NCBI GenBank assembly: GCA_963822405.1
Contig: CAWGHH010000002.1
Coordinates: 266,766 to 330,765 of the forward strand
Direction: 5' to 3'
Source of the DNA: Candidatus Uhrbacteria bacterium
GTDB taxonomy: Bacteria > Patescibacteriota > Patescibacteriia > UBA9934
Length of the DNA: 64,000 nucleotides
Within the stretch, counting starts at the first letter, position 1; every line of letters begins with the position of its first letter. Below, piece by piece: positions 38,127 through 47,664 of this stretch. The notes beneath the pieces are model-generated. The model saw only the letters and a program-made list of their open reading frames with translations, did no database searches and was not told the DNA's origin. The position numbers and the translations under genes were made by a program.

Positions 38127-39807
38127 CGCCCGAACCTCCTCCCGATGATCCTCCTGACATTCCGCTTGAATGTGGAGTGGCGGCTGTCACAGCCTGGCTA
38201 AAAGCGCCATTAAACTGTTGGAGATTCGTAATTAATAATGTACTTGAAAATGCGTGATTCGACTGGTCTTCGTACCAACTGGGTGTAGATTGATACAGTC
38301 CTTCAAACTTCTTCGCCCACTGACTTTCTACGCCAAGTGCCATGGCGAATGGCAAGAATTTCTCGAACGTCTCTGGCTCTAACTTTGGTGCATTCAGCAA
38401 CTCGAGCTTATCCTTTTCGGTTAGCTGTAAGAATTCCTTGAATCCCGCAATATCCGCCTGTGCCTGCGTTCCTTTAGGAGTGAATTGCTTGGCCATCTTA
38501 GCTGCTCCGGCCATTCGAATGATGATATAAATGATCCCCGGGAAGGCTAGGACGACTCCAAGCCCACTAGTGATAATTGATAATGCGAACGCTCCAAAAA
38601 TAACAGCCACTAAGGCAATCGCTAATTTTGTGACAAGTTTATCAGCTGCCTCCTTTGAGGCCTTATCGTAATATCCCTGGTCTCGAAGATAATCATCAGT
38701 TTCTGTTTTCACCCGCTCAATCTCTTCATGAAAAGTATCTTTGTCCTCTAGTAACGCGCTCAACGAAACCGCCTTCCCTCCCCCAAAAAATAAATTCCAA
38801 ATAATTTTTTCCCCTGGATGCTTGAGCGCGGATCCATCCTTCAGCTGAACAAATTCAAAATCTTTTTTATCGGGCCAAAACTTAATTACTTGGACAGTGT
38901 ATTTAATCTTGATGTAACCGCGAACGGCTAAATCTAAAATAACTGAAGAAATATCTTTTGTATCAACTGATTGGTCGAGTATTGCCCCAACATCAAGCGG
39001 AGTCAGTCCCTTCGGTGGCTGATACTGTGTCACGACCGGTCCTCGGTAACCCTGCTTCTTAAATACTCTTGATAAAACAGTAACAATCATGGTGATGATG
39101 ATGACAACAAAGAACAACGGAACCAACAGAAACAACCAATCGCCTCCAGACAAGGTAACGTCAGACGAAGAGCCAGAATCAGCATTCGCAACTACCGTGT
39201 CATTAACAATACCAAGCGGAATGCTCGCTGCAATCGTCAAACCTTCGCCAACGTCTAGCGCCTTTGTCGTATGGTAACCGGCTCCCCCTAAGTTATAACC
39301 GAAAGTACAGTTCCGTTCTGTGCTCCCCTGCGCGCCGGTATAACAGTTCATGTCAATCTTCGTCTCTTGGCCGGGTACAATCACCATCGCTTCTGCTTTT
39401 TCGATCGGTACCTGCCAACCATTACCAGTCACGTTCCAGTACAACTCGTCATGATCTTCGAATGGTCGAATTACATTCGTAACCGTGTAATCGATAACAT
39501 AAGTGTGCAACCCACTGATAGTTTCGTTTGCATCCCCAATTTTAATGTCGAGGTTTCCATTGTTCGTAGACTCGACGTAATGATAGGCTCGACCATTCTC
39601 ATCCTTCACGCTATTAACGGTTATGCCGATGTCTGGACCGTCGACGGCAGAGAGCGGGATATCGCGAAAAATTCCGTGTCTTTGATTATCGCTAAAATTA
39701 TAATTGATTCTTTCGTTCACCCCAACCGAGCCATTCTCGTTCAAGGTAATAGTCGAGTAGAAACTATCAATCTTTTCAAGTGACATATTACTTTTCGAAA
39801 GAAACAT
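38104..39807 (-). CDS. DUF2207-family membrane protein (LemA partner) with C-terminal Gly/Ser tail
   Basis: 567 aa. N-terminal extracytoplasmic domain, TM helices, C-terminal GMSGGSSGGGSGGGGGGSW. Directly downstream of and overlapping lemA. Confidence 0.7.
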   Translation of the reverse strand: MFLSKSNMSLEKIDSFYSTITLNENGSVGVNERINYNFSDNQRHGIFRDIPLSAVDGPDIGITVNSVKDENGRAYHYVESTNNGNLDIKIGDANETISGLHTYVIDYTVTNVIRPFEDHDELYWNVTGNGWQVPIEKAEAMVIVPGQETKIDMNCYTGAQGSTERNCTFGYNLGGAGYHTTKALDVGEGLTIAASIPLGIVNDTVVANADSGSSSDVTLSGGDWLFLLVPLFFVVIIITMIVTVLSRVFKKQGYRGPVVTQYQPPKGLTPLDVGAILDQSVDTKDISSVILDLAVRGYIKIKYTVQVIKFWPDKKDFEFVQLKDGSALKHPGEKIIWNLFFGGGKAVSLSALLEDKDTFHEEIERVKTETDDYLRDQGYYDKASKEAADKLVTKLAIALVAVIFGAFALSIITSGLGVVLAFPGIIYIIIRMAGAAKMAKQFTPKGTQAQADIAGFKEFLQLTEKDKLELLNAPKLEPETFEKFLPFAMALGVESQWAKKFEGLYQSTPSWYEDQSNHAFSSTLLITNLQQFNGAFSQAVTAATPHSSGMSGGSSGGGSGGGGGGSW

Positions 39808-40396
39808 TTACTACTTCTTTTTCTTTCTCGTCTGCACCAAAAAACTCGAGCCTAGTGAAACCGAGCATCGGGGCAATAAGGTTCGACGGAAAGACTTGAA
39901 CCGCATTGTTCATCTCACGAACGGTCGCGTTGTAATAGCGTCGAGCAGATTGAATGTCATCTTCGAGCGTCACCAGTTGAGCTTGAAGTTGCTTAAAGTT
40001 TTCTGACGCCTTAAGCTCGGGATACGCCTCAGCCACCGCAAAGAAGCTCTTGAGAGCACCTGAAAGCGCCGTTTCTGCCACCGCTCGGGCAGCTACCCCG
40101 CCTCGCTCAACACTAATAGCCGCCATACGCGCCTTCGTCACCTCCTCAAGCACTGTCGCCTCATGTTGCTGGTATCCTTTCACAGTTTCGACAAGGTTCG
40201 GCACCAAATCATAACGTCTTTTTAACTGTACATCTATATCTGACAACGCATTCTTTGCTCGATTATTATTACTAACTAGTCCATTAAAAATGTACACAAC
40301 ACCGCCAATAACTCCAACGACGATCAGTAATATTAATAGAGGCATATATTGAGTGTTAATTTCGCTTAAGCCAAGCAGAAACGTAGGCGAGAACAA
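39788..40396 (-). CDS. lemA: LemA family protein
   Basis: 202 aa. N-terminal TM. LemA motifs LKRRYDLVPNLVETVKGYQQHE and ENFKQLQAQLVTLEDDIQSARRYYN. Confidence 0.85.
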   Translation of the reverse strand: MFSPTFLLGLSEINTQYMPLLILLIVVGVIGGVVYIFNGLVSNNNRAKNALSDIDVQLKRRYDLVPNLVETVKGYQQHEATVLEEVTKARMAAISVERGGVAARAVAETALSGALKSFFAVAEAYPELKASENFKQLQAQLVTLEDDIQSARRYYNATVREMNNAVQVFPSNLIAPMLGFTRLEFFGADEKEKEVVNVSFEK

Positions 40397-41222
40397 TAAA
40401 CTTTGGAGTACATGCCCAAAGTATAAGCCACGGAATAAGCCCGTGATGCTTTTTCATATACTTGCGTAAACTAGTGCGAATCCATTTCTGCTTTCTGATC
40501 GTCGCCACTTTATTAAAACTGTGGCCTTTGTGATGAATAACCTCGCAGTCACCATATGATCGAACTTTGAACCCAGCGTCGACCGTCATTTTGCAATAAT
40601 CTACCTCCTCAAACCAAATGAAATATCGCTCGTCGAGCAAGCCAATCTTATCCATGACTTCGCGACGAATAACCATAAACGCGCCCATGATGGAATCAAC
40701 ATCCTGCGTTTTCAACGGATCGACATCCCGCATCATGTATTTGTCGACGGCTTTCAAATGCTTGAACACGTGCGGCAACTTGAACAATATTTCGAGCTGA
40801 TCGACGAGCGTCGGGAAGCGACGAATACTCTCCTGGTGTGAACCATCGGGATAGCGAATAACACAACTACCAATGCCAACTTCTTTATCAGCATCGAGGT
40901 GATCAATCATGCGCTGCATAACCCCCGGCGGGACAATCGCATCCGGGTTCAAGAGCAGGGCGTAGCGACCGGTCGTCTGCTTGAGACCAACATTAACCGC
41001 AGCGGCAAACCCTCTATTCTGCTCGTTCACAATCACTTGCGCCTCGGGCAAAATTTCATGTACAAAACTTGGCATCTTCTTGTCGTTCGCGTTATCTACA
41101 ACTACTACATCAAAATTCACATCATGCGCTGCTGCCAAACTCATAAAACATGCCCGCAAAACTTCGGGGTCTGTCTTGTAGGTAACGATCACTATTGTTA
41201 CGTCTCTTAGTTCAGTGTTCAT
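40356..41222 (-). CDS. Glycosyltransferase family 2
   Basis: VTIVIVTYKTD..., VVVVDNANDK, NRGFAAAVN, DxD in LLNPDAIV. Confidence 0.8.
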   Translation of the reverse strand: MNTELRDVTIVIVTYKTDPEVLRACFMSLAAAHDVNFDVVVVDNANDKKMPSFVHEILPEAQVIVNEQNRGFAAAVNVGLKQTTGRYALLLNPDAIVPPGVMQRMIDHLDADKEVGIGSCVIRYPDGSHQESIRRFPTLVDQLEILFKLPHVFKHLKAVDKYMMRDVDPLKTQDVDSIMGAFMVIRREVMDKIGLLDERYFIWFEEVDYCKMTVDAGFKVRSYGDCEVIHHKGHSFNKVATIRKQKWIRTSLRKYMKKHHGLIPWLILWACTPKFIVLAYVSAWLKRN

Positions 41223-41926
41223 AGATGATGTTTCTCTGCAATTATCTCACGCGCTGCCTCATATTTCTTAATGCTCACCGGTTTCCATGGCGACAACCTC
41301 CACGGCAATTGATAGGCCAGTTTAGGCAACCAGGTCGAGCCGATTCTTGACTCCCCGTGAATACCAACGTGGAATAACACTTCTGGCACAAGGACGCCAA
41401 CCTTTCCACGCTCGAGCATCGTTAACCACACATCCCAATCTTGTAGTCGCTTAATGGCATTGTCGAATCCTGGAAAATCAGCTCGACGAACAAGCGAAGT
41501 AGTATGCACGAAGTTCATCTTCTTGAGTTTATCTACGTTAAACGTCGTACCCCAAAAAGTCTTCCAACCAAACGTAAAACCGGAATACGCATAGCTCGAT
41601 TCCGGATGCGCATCAAGTAACTTCGCCATCTTCTCAAGCATTTCTTTCTCCATGATCACATCCGCGTCGACGAAAATTACGAACTCCCCCTTCGCCTCCT
41701 TGAATCCCCTATTTCTCGCCGGGTTAGATCCTTGGTTCTCTTGCTTAATAGAAATTATCTTTCCCTCGTACTTCTTCAGAACCTCCTGCGTATTATCCGT
41801 CGAGCCATCATCAACCACGATCACCTCGATGGGGCTGTATGTCTGCGCAAAAACCGAATCCAAACAAGCCGAGATAGAATCGGCGTGTTGAAACGTAGGA
41901 ATGATAACGGAAATCATTGATTGCAT
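41219..41926 (-). CDS. Glycosyltransferase family 2
   Basis: ISVIIPTFQHADSI, VIVVDDGSTDNT, NPARNRGFKEAKGEFVIFVDADV. Confidence 0.8.
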   Translation of the reverse strand: MQSMISVIIPTFQHADSISACLDSVFAQTYSPIEVIVVDDGSTDNTQEVLKKYEGKIISIKQENQGSNPARNRGFKEAKGEFVIFVDADVIMEKEMLEKMAKLLDAHPESSYAYSGFTFGWKTFWGTTFNVDKLKKMNFVHTTSLVRRADFPGFDNAIKRLQDWDVWLTMLERGKVGVLVPEVLFHVGIHGESRIGSTWLPKLAYQLPWRLSPWKPVSIKKYEAAREIIAEKHHL

Positions 41927-43026
41927 ATTTCCTTTAGTTTTCCCATCTGCTCTTCTCTCGTAAACTGCTCAAGCACTCGCACTCTCCCCCGCGAACCCAT
42001 GGAGGCGCGCAGTTCAGGGCTGTCAATGAGTATCTGCAAGCCCTTCACAAGGTCATCGGTAGTGTCATCGACGAGCACGCCCGTCTTGCCGTCTACTATC
42101 GCTTCAGCCACTCCCCCGGTGCGTGTACCAACGACAGGGAGGCCGAACAGATTCGCTTCGAGGTACACGATACCAAACCCTTCACGATCAATACTCGATT
42201 GCGTGGTCGGCATGACAAAAATATCTGCGTCAGCGTAAATTTCAGGCAAGGTTAAGTCATCAGCATCCGTAATCATCGTTACGCGCTCTCCGAGTCCAAG
42301 CTCAATGATCTTCGCCTTAATCTTCTCTTTCATTGGCCCGTCACCTACGATCGTGTATTTCGTATTCGACAGCTTAGTCATCGCGTCGAGCACCTTCAAA
42401 TGCCCCTTACGCTCTACAAGCCGGGCGACGGTCAATAACGTTACGTGTTTGTCATCCTGAGCAGAGCGAAGGATCTGATTGGTTGGCACAGGGAGGCCAA
42501 TCGCCCCAGCCGCCAGTTTCGCCAAATCCCTCAAATCAGTCCATCCTTTTCCCTTCCTCACTCCCTTTGACGCCTCAACTAACGCATCCGCCACCGGCGG
42601 ATATATGCATAGTACGGGCCGACTTCTATGTCGGCCCTCTCTCAGGCTCTCGACCTCACTTTTCAATGCCTCCGAATTTACTACAACCGCCTCCGCTCCC
42701 CTCAGGATTCTCCCGGTCAACCACCTCTTCCACGCATTTCTCCTCGCCAAATCAAAATCCATGCCGTGCAAAAATATCACGTAAGGCTTTGATCCCATCA
42801 TCTTTGCTAACCACGCCACAGTTCCTACTGGCAAAATCTCATGTATAAAATACAGATCTGTCACTTGATTACTCTGCCAAAAAATCGGAAAAATTAATTC
42901 ATAACTTGGTCGAGCAATCCGTTCAATAGCAACAGACGGATAAGTCAAAACAATCGCGTCAATATACCGCGCAATACCGCCACGAGCACCCTCTTTTTGA
43001 AGTGTTGGAATAGCTACTCGTTTCAT
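41914..43026 (-). CDS. Glycosyltransferase family 4 (GT-B)
   Basis: 370 aa. C-terminal EGFGIVYLEANLFGLPVVGTRTGG (E-x7-E motif region). A repeat-derived QILRSAQDDK segment lies between the two Rossmann halves. Confidence 0.85.
   Translation of the reverse strand: MKRVAIPTLQKEGARGGIARYIDAIVLTYPSVAIERIARPSYELIFPIFWQSNQVTDLYFIHEILPVGTVAWLAKMMGSKPYVIFLHGMDFDLARRNAWKRWLTGRILRGAEAVVVNSEALKSEVESLREGRHRSRPVLCIYPPVADALVEASKGVRKGKGWTDLRDLAKLAAGAIGLPVPTNQILRSAQDDKHVTLLTVARLVERKGHLKVLDAMTKLSNTKYTIVGDGPMKEKIKAKIIELGLGERVTMITDADDLTLPEIYADADIFVMPTTQSSIDREGFGIVYLEANLFGLPVVGTRTGGVAEAIVDGKTGVLVDDTTDDLVKGLQILIDSPELRASMGSRGRVRVLEQFTREEQMGKLKEICNQ
42451..42483. repeat. Short palindromic repeat embedded in-frame in the GT4 glycosyltransferase gene
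   Basis: gtcatcctgagcagagcgaaggatctgattgg. Encodes QILRSAQDDK in the inter-domain linker on the minus strand. Confidence 0.5.
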
Positions 43027-44486
43027 ACGGAAGAAACTTCTTCGGCAATCCCATTTTGTCTAAAACGAGGGACAATTGCCCAGAGCGCGCGCAGATGTTC
43101 AACCGTCAGTGACTTCGTGGAAAACGCAACAATGAAGAAGACTACTGCGCCAAGCGGAATAGTCAAAATCCAAGGAATAAACGCTTTAGAAATCATCACT
43201 ACTCCGGCCATCACCGCTCCACTCGCCAGCGAGCCACCAATGAATGGAATGAGATCAAAGAACGGAACTTTGATTACGCGCTGAAGCATGATGTACCCAA
43301 CCGTGAACATAAATGAAAAACTAATAAACGCCGCTACGCCAGCACCTTCTATTCCAAGTCGTGGAACTAGAATTAAATTAGATACGATGTTAATCACCAT
43401 GGTCGCGCCCATAATTGCTGTTTTAGTAGACTGTCGACCAGTGGCATTGAGGAGCGAACCAACTGGATAGTCAAGAAAAATAAATAACAACGCGAACACG
43501 AGAATCTGCAGCGTCGGCGCAGCTTCTGCAAATTTAGAAGTATAAATGAAATTAATAAAGTCTGGAGCCAGGGCGAACAAGCCAAAAACAACTGGAGCCG
43601 CTAACAAAGCCATGTACCACTCAGCATTCAAAAAAGTATTTTTTAGCTTGTCTGGTTCGTTCGCCTGTGCACTCATGGTCGGATACAGCGCACCGATGAA
43701 CGCCAATGGAAGGAACTGGAACGCGTACGTGAGCTTGTACGCCACCGCGTATACGCCCACTGCCGCCTGTCCGTAGACCATGTTAATAGTGAACGAATCG
43801 ACGTACGAATATATTTTCACGAAGACTGCCGCCAAGAAAAACATAAAAGACATCTTGAGTGGCTTCAGTCCCTCGGAGAACTCCGGAACTATCGCCTTCC
43901 AACCTAATCGACGAACAACCTGGCTCACCGAAAAAATTGCGTTCCAAGCACTACCAGCAATAAGCGCAACAATCAGTAGTGTCAGATCCGTCGAATTGGT
44001 CAAAAGAACCGTCGCCCCGATAATCGTAGTGATAGTCTGGCCGACGAATATTCCGATCGACTCGTACTTCAAGTTCTGAAACCCTCGCAAAACACCAAAG
44101 TACGCCAGCGAAACGGTGTCGAGTAACATGATAGCAATTGCAATATGCGTCAGCCTCGCTGCCTCTGCATCAAATCCTAATAATGGTGGCAAAACTATCG
44201 CCAGCACAATCGTCACCGGAATTGTCAGCAACTTATTCGCGAGTACATTCCTCACATGCTTCAACGCACGATCATTCTCACGCGCCACCTCTCGTATCAG
44301 CACCGAGGTAAGACCGACGTCGCCAAAAACACCAATAGTCGTAGTTAGTCCCAAGGCCAAAAAGTAAGAGCCGAGTGCTGCGTCCCCAATTGTTCTAGCA
44401 ACCACCGCAAAGTACAGAAACGCAATCGCCTTCTGCCCGACAGACGCCACCGTTAAAAGGAACGTATTCCTTGCAAGTTGGGACAT
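43023..44486 (-). CDS. Polysaccharide flippase (Wzx / MOP superfamily)
   Basis: 487 aa, 12-14 TM helices, typical Wzx N-terminal pattern. Confidence 0.8.
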   Translation of the reverse strand: MSQLARNTFLLTVASVGQKAIAFLYFAVVARTIGDAALGSYFLALGLTTTIGVFGDVGLTSVLIREVARENDRALKHVRNVLANKLLTIPVTIVLAIVLPPLLGFDAEAARLTHIAIAIMLLDTVSLAYFGVLRGFQNLKYESIGIFVGQTITTIIGATVLLTNSTDLTLLIVALIAGSAWNAIFSVSQVVRRLGWKAIVPEFSEGLKPLKMSFMFFLAAVFVKIYSYVDSFTINMVYGQAAVGVYAVAYKLTYAFQFLPLAFIGALYPTMSAQANEPDKLKNTFLNAEWYMALLAAPVVFGLFALAPDFINFIYTSKFAEAAPTLQILVFALLFIFLDYPVGSLLNATGRQSTKTAIMGATMVINIVSNLILVPRLGIEGAGVAAFISFSFMFTVGYIMLQRVIKVPFFDLIPFIGGSLASGAVMAGVVMISKAFIPWILTIPLGAVVFFIVAFSTKSLTVEHLRALWAIVPRFRQNGIAEEVSSV

Positions 44487-44587
44487 ATTTACCCCACATC
44501 ATACGCTAAATGCCCCTAAAAAACAAAGAGCGCGCCCAACCGGTGGCAGCGTGTCAGACGACACTCTCTGTTCCACTCGGGGACGCG

Positions 44588-45064
44588 CTACGACTTAACG
44601 AACTTCACGTAATCCTTTGCGGAATCACGCTCGATCTCGATCATCTCCTCAAAGGTGCCGATCGTGATGTAGATGTTGAGCTCCAGCCCCCCGTTCTCAA
44701 GCAACAGGTGGCACCGATCCATGATCGCGGTGGCCACCGCCTGCGGATCGAAGATCGACACATCCGATCCAGGCTCCCCCTCACCGGTCAGGAATTCGAT
44801 GATGTCGCTTTGTCGATCCTGGTAGATCTCCGATAGACCAACGAGCATCCCCACTTCATAGTGATCATGGGACTTTTCCTTCGGGTTCCAAATGAGGAGC
44901 GAAAAATCCACCATGTCGTTAACCTCATTGATCTGCACTCGAAAGTGCACACCTTCTTTCACTTTCACCTTACGTATCACCACGTTCGTGATGAACTTAC
45001 CCTCATCAGAAAGCATTTCCGACTGCTCTGGAATCTTCATGACACCCTCCGTCCAAGTGGACAA
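44588..45064 (-). CDS. Hypothetical cytoplasmic protein, 158 aa
   Basis: Track ORF. Own transcription unit between rpsI and the flippase gene, with a terminator-like hairpin and T-run downstream at about 44500-44560. No family recognised. Confidence 0.4.
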   Translation of the reverse strand: MSTWTEGVMKIPEQSEMLSDEGKFITNVVIRKVKVKEGVHFRVQINEVNDMVDFSLLIWNPKEKSHDHYEVGMLVGLSEIYQDRQSDIIEFLTGEGEPGSDVSIFDPQAVATAIMDRCHLLLENGGLELNIYITIGTFEEMIEIERDSAKDYVKFVKS

Positions 45065-45143
45065 ATGATCCTAACACCCCAAAACATTCTCGTCAAAACA
45101 AAAACCCCCCGATTGCTCGAGGAGTTCTTGGTTTGATAGTTGA

Positions 45144-45548
45144 TTAACGCTTTCTCCACTGTGGGGAACGGCGGGCACCGCGCTTACCTGGTTTCTTGCG
45201 TTCCTTCTTGCGAGGATCGCGAGTGAGCAAGTGAGCTGCTTTGAGCGCTGGGCGCAAAGCGATTTCAAGGATGATCAAGGCGCGAGCAATGGCCAAACGC
45301 GCAGCGTCTGACTGGCCAATGATACCGCCACCGGAAGTCTTCAAAGAGACATCCACTTTTTCAGTCATACCAACCTCTTTGAGAGGGCGCATAACCATAC
45401 CGCGGAGAGCTTCCGTGGTGAAAAACTCTTCAAACTTTTTGCCGTTTACAGTGATGATGCCGGAACCGCCTGGAGTGAGGCGAGCCTGACAGACCGATGT
45501 CTTACGACGACCAAGTGCTTGGAAATATTTTTCGGCCATATTATTCAA
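45144..45548 (-). CDS. rpsI: 30S ribosomal protein S9
   Basis: GRRKTSVCQARL...GGGIIGQSDAARLAIARAL, basic C-terminus. Confidence 0.9.
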   Translation of the reverse strand: MNNMAEKYFQALGRRKTSVCQARLTPGGSGIITVNGKKFEEFFTTEALRGMVMRPLKEVGMTEKVDVSLKTSGGGIIGQSDAARLAIARALIILEIALRPALKAAHLLTRDPRKKERKKPGKRGARRSPQWRKR

Positions 45549-45897
45549 CAGTCAAGCGAATCATCCGTGGTGTCCGGTGCTTGTTCTTAGGAAGCATTCT
45601 GGAAACTGCCATACGGAGAACTTCCGTTGGATCTTTCTTCCACATGTCCTTCAAGGACTTTGTGCGAAGACCACCTGGATGAGCGGTGTGGTGATGATAA
45701 ACCTTCTGTTCCATCTTTTTACCGGTCCACTTCATCTTGCCGGCGTTTTTGACGATGACAAAATCTCCAGCGTCAACGTTCGGCTGGTAAGCAACAGAAG
45801 TCTTACCCATGAGGGCACGAGCAATCTGCGAAGCCAAGCGGCCTGGAATCTTATCCGTAGCATCGAAGCTAACGGTTTTTCGGGTAATGGTCGTCAT
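45541..45897 (-). CDS. rplM: 50S ribosomal protein L13
   Basis: MTTITRKTVSFDATDKIPGRLASQIARALMGK. Start moved to the internal Met; the track ORF extends to 45951 and would overlap rplQ. Confidence 0.9.
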   Translation of the reverse strand: MTTITRKTVSFDATDKIPGRLASQIARALMGKTSVAYQPNVDAGDFVIVKNAGKMKWTGKKMEQKVYHHHTAHPGGLRTKSLKDMWKKDPTEVLRMAVSRMLPKNKHRTPRMIRLTVE

Positions 45898-45898
45898 A

Positions 45899-46249
45899 TT
45901 AGACAAGTTCAATGAGAGCTGTTTCCGCGCGATCGCCCTGGCGAGTGCCAAGCTTCGTCAAACGGACATAACCACCAGTGCGGGTCATGAAACGAGGACC
46001 AATAACTTCCAAGAGCTTCTTCACCGGCTGTTCCGTTGTGAAAAAACCAAGAAGGTAACGGCGGGAAGCTAGATCATTGCGTTTAGCAACGGTGATTAGC
46101 TTTTCAATGAGCGGGCGGGCAACTTTAGCACGGCCAAGGGATGTTTCGATCCGCTCGTACGTAATTAAAGCAGTCGCAAGATCCCTAAGAAGGGCTTTGC
46201 GGGCTGGTGACTTCCGGCTCAATTTCTTATTCTTATCTCGATGGCGCAT
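45899..46249 (-). CDS. rplQ: 50S ribosomal protein L17
   Basis: MRHRDKNKKLSRKSPARKALLRDLATALITYERIETS. Confidence 0.9.
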   Translation of the reverse strand: MRHRDKNKKLSRKSPARKALLRDLATALITYERIETSLGRAKVARPLIEKLITVAKRNDLASRRYLLGFFTTEQPVKKLLEVIGPRFMTRTGGYVRLTKLGTRQGDRAETALIELV

Positions 46250-46251
46250 AC

Positions 46252-47001
46252 TTACTCTTCCTTAGGCGCTTCCTCCGATGCGCGGTTGATTTGTTCGGTT
46301 AATTCGGAGTTGTTCAACTGGCTCTGGATCCATGTGAAGTGGTTCAACATGATCTTCGTGGCCTGCTCAACAGCTTCCTGTGGCGTGATGGAACCGTCTG
46401 TCTCAATAGTCATGAGCAACTTATCGTAGTTCGTGATTTCTCCAACGCGAGTGTTCTCTACTTTGAGACCCACCGTGCGAACTGGGGAAAACATGGCATC
46501 GATAGCAATTACTCCAATTTCTGTAGGAGCCTCTTCACGCTCTTCTGTTGGGAGATACCCACGGCCTTTGGAAACCGTAATTTCCATGTCCAGAGTGACT
46601 TTCTCATCCGTCAGAGTAGCAATGACTAGGTCAGTATTAACAATTTCTACGTCTGCATTGGCCGTGATGTCAGCAGCAGTGACTGGACCTTCGCCCTTCT
46701 TCTGCAACTTGAGAACCACTGGCTCATCAGAGTGGACACGCATGCGGAGCTTTTTCAAGTTCAGCATGATGTCTAACACATCTTCCTTAACGCCAGACAC
46801 CGCAGAAAACTCGTGCTGTGCGCCTTTTACCTTCATGGCCGTAACGGCTGCACCCGGGAGTGATGAGAGCAGGACGCGACGGAGCGCGTTACCTACTGTT
46901 GTTCCGTACCCGTGGTGAAGCGGTTCTATAGTGAGTACAGCCTCTGACACCGTGGTGCCTGGAGTGAAGTACATCTTTGAAGGGAGGAAAATGGTCTCCA
47001 T
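46252..47001 (-). CDS. rpoA: DNA-directed RNA polymerase alpha subunit, N-terminal domain only (no alpha-CTD)
   Basis: 249 aa. Alpha-NTD motifs EPLHHGYGTTVGNALRRVLLSSLPGAAVT. Ends ...NRASEEAPKEE 3 nt before rplQ. No HhH C-terminal domain is encoded. Confidence 0.85.
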   Translation of the reverse strand: METIFLPSKMYFTPGTTVSEAVLTIEPLHHGYGTTVGNALRRVLLSSLPGAAVTAMKVKGAQHEFSAVSGVKEDVLDIMLNLKKLRMRVHSDEPVVLKLQKKGEGPVTAADITANADVEIVNTDLVIATLTDEKVTLDMEITVSKGRGYLPTEEREEAPTEIGVIAIDAMFSPVRTVGLKVENTRVGEITNYDKLLMTIETDGSITPQEAVEQATKIMLNHFTWIQSQLNNSELTEQINRASEEAPKEE

Positions 47002-47031
47002 ACATCGTATATAAGCGGTAAGCTTTAAGGC

Positions 47032-47655
47032 TTAGCGCATTGAATAAAATTCGACGACGAGTTTCGGGTCATACGCTTCCTTGAGGTCCTCTCCTGCTGG
47101 AATGCTGACTACCTTTCCCTTCATAGCTTCCTCACGGCTGAGCCAACCCGGAACGTTATGTGTCTTCTGGCGTTCAGCAAGATCGGCAAAGAGCTTCTTA
47201 GCCTGCTTGGTTGGACGGATTTCCACAATATCACCAACGCTGACCTGGTAAGAAGGGATATTCACCTTTCCACCGTTAACGCTAATCATACAATGGCTAA
47301 CCATCTGACGAGCCTGAGGACGAGTCTTCGCAATTCCCATGCGGAAGACAACGTTATCAAGACGCAACTCCAAGAAACGCGCCAAGAATTCTCCGGTGTT
47401 ACCGGTGAGTTTCTTAGATTTCTCAAAGTAGTTACGGAACTGGCGTTCCATAATACCGTAAAGACGCTTAGCCTTCTGCTTTTCGCGAAGCTGAGTGCCG
47501 TATGCGCTCACCTTAGGTGGTCGCATGCCTGGCTTACCGTGCACACCTGGTGAGTACGGTCGCTTCTGCATCACTTTGAGGATGCTAGAGCTCGTAGAAA
47601 GCGGAACGCCTTCCCGACGGCTCATTTTGCCCATTGGTTTAAGAGTTTTTCCCAT
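47032..47655 (-). CDS. rpsD: 30S ribosomal protein S4
   Basis: 207 aa. RLDNVVFRMGIAKTRPQARQMVSH and S4 domain. Confidence 0.95.
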   Translation of the reverse strand: MGKTLKPMGKMSRREGVPLSTSSSILKVMQKRPYSPGVHGKPGMRPPKVSAYGTQLREKQKAKRLYGIMERQFRNYFEKSKKLTGNTGEFLARFLELRLDNVVFRMGIAKTRPQARQMVSHCMISVNGGKVNIPSYQVSVGDIVEIRPTKQAKKLFADLAERQKTHNVPGWLSREEAMKGKVVSIPAGEDLKEAYDPKLVVEFYSMR

Positions 47656-47664
47656 AGGTAGTAA

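Noticed and set aside
44510-44836. 108-aa plus-strand ORF
   Set aside because: It is antisense to the 158-aa hypothetical gene and its terminator region, with Arg/Leu-rich composition.
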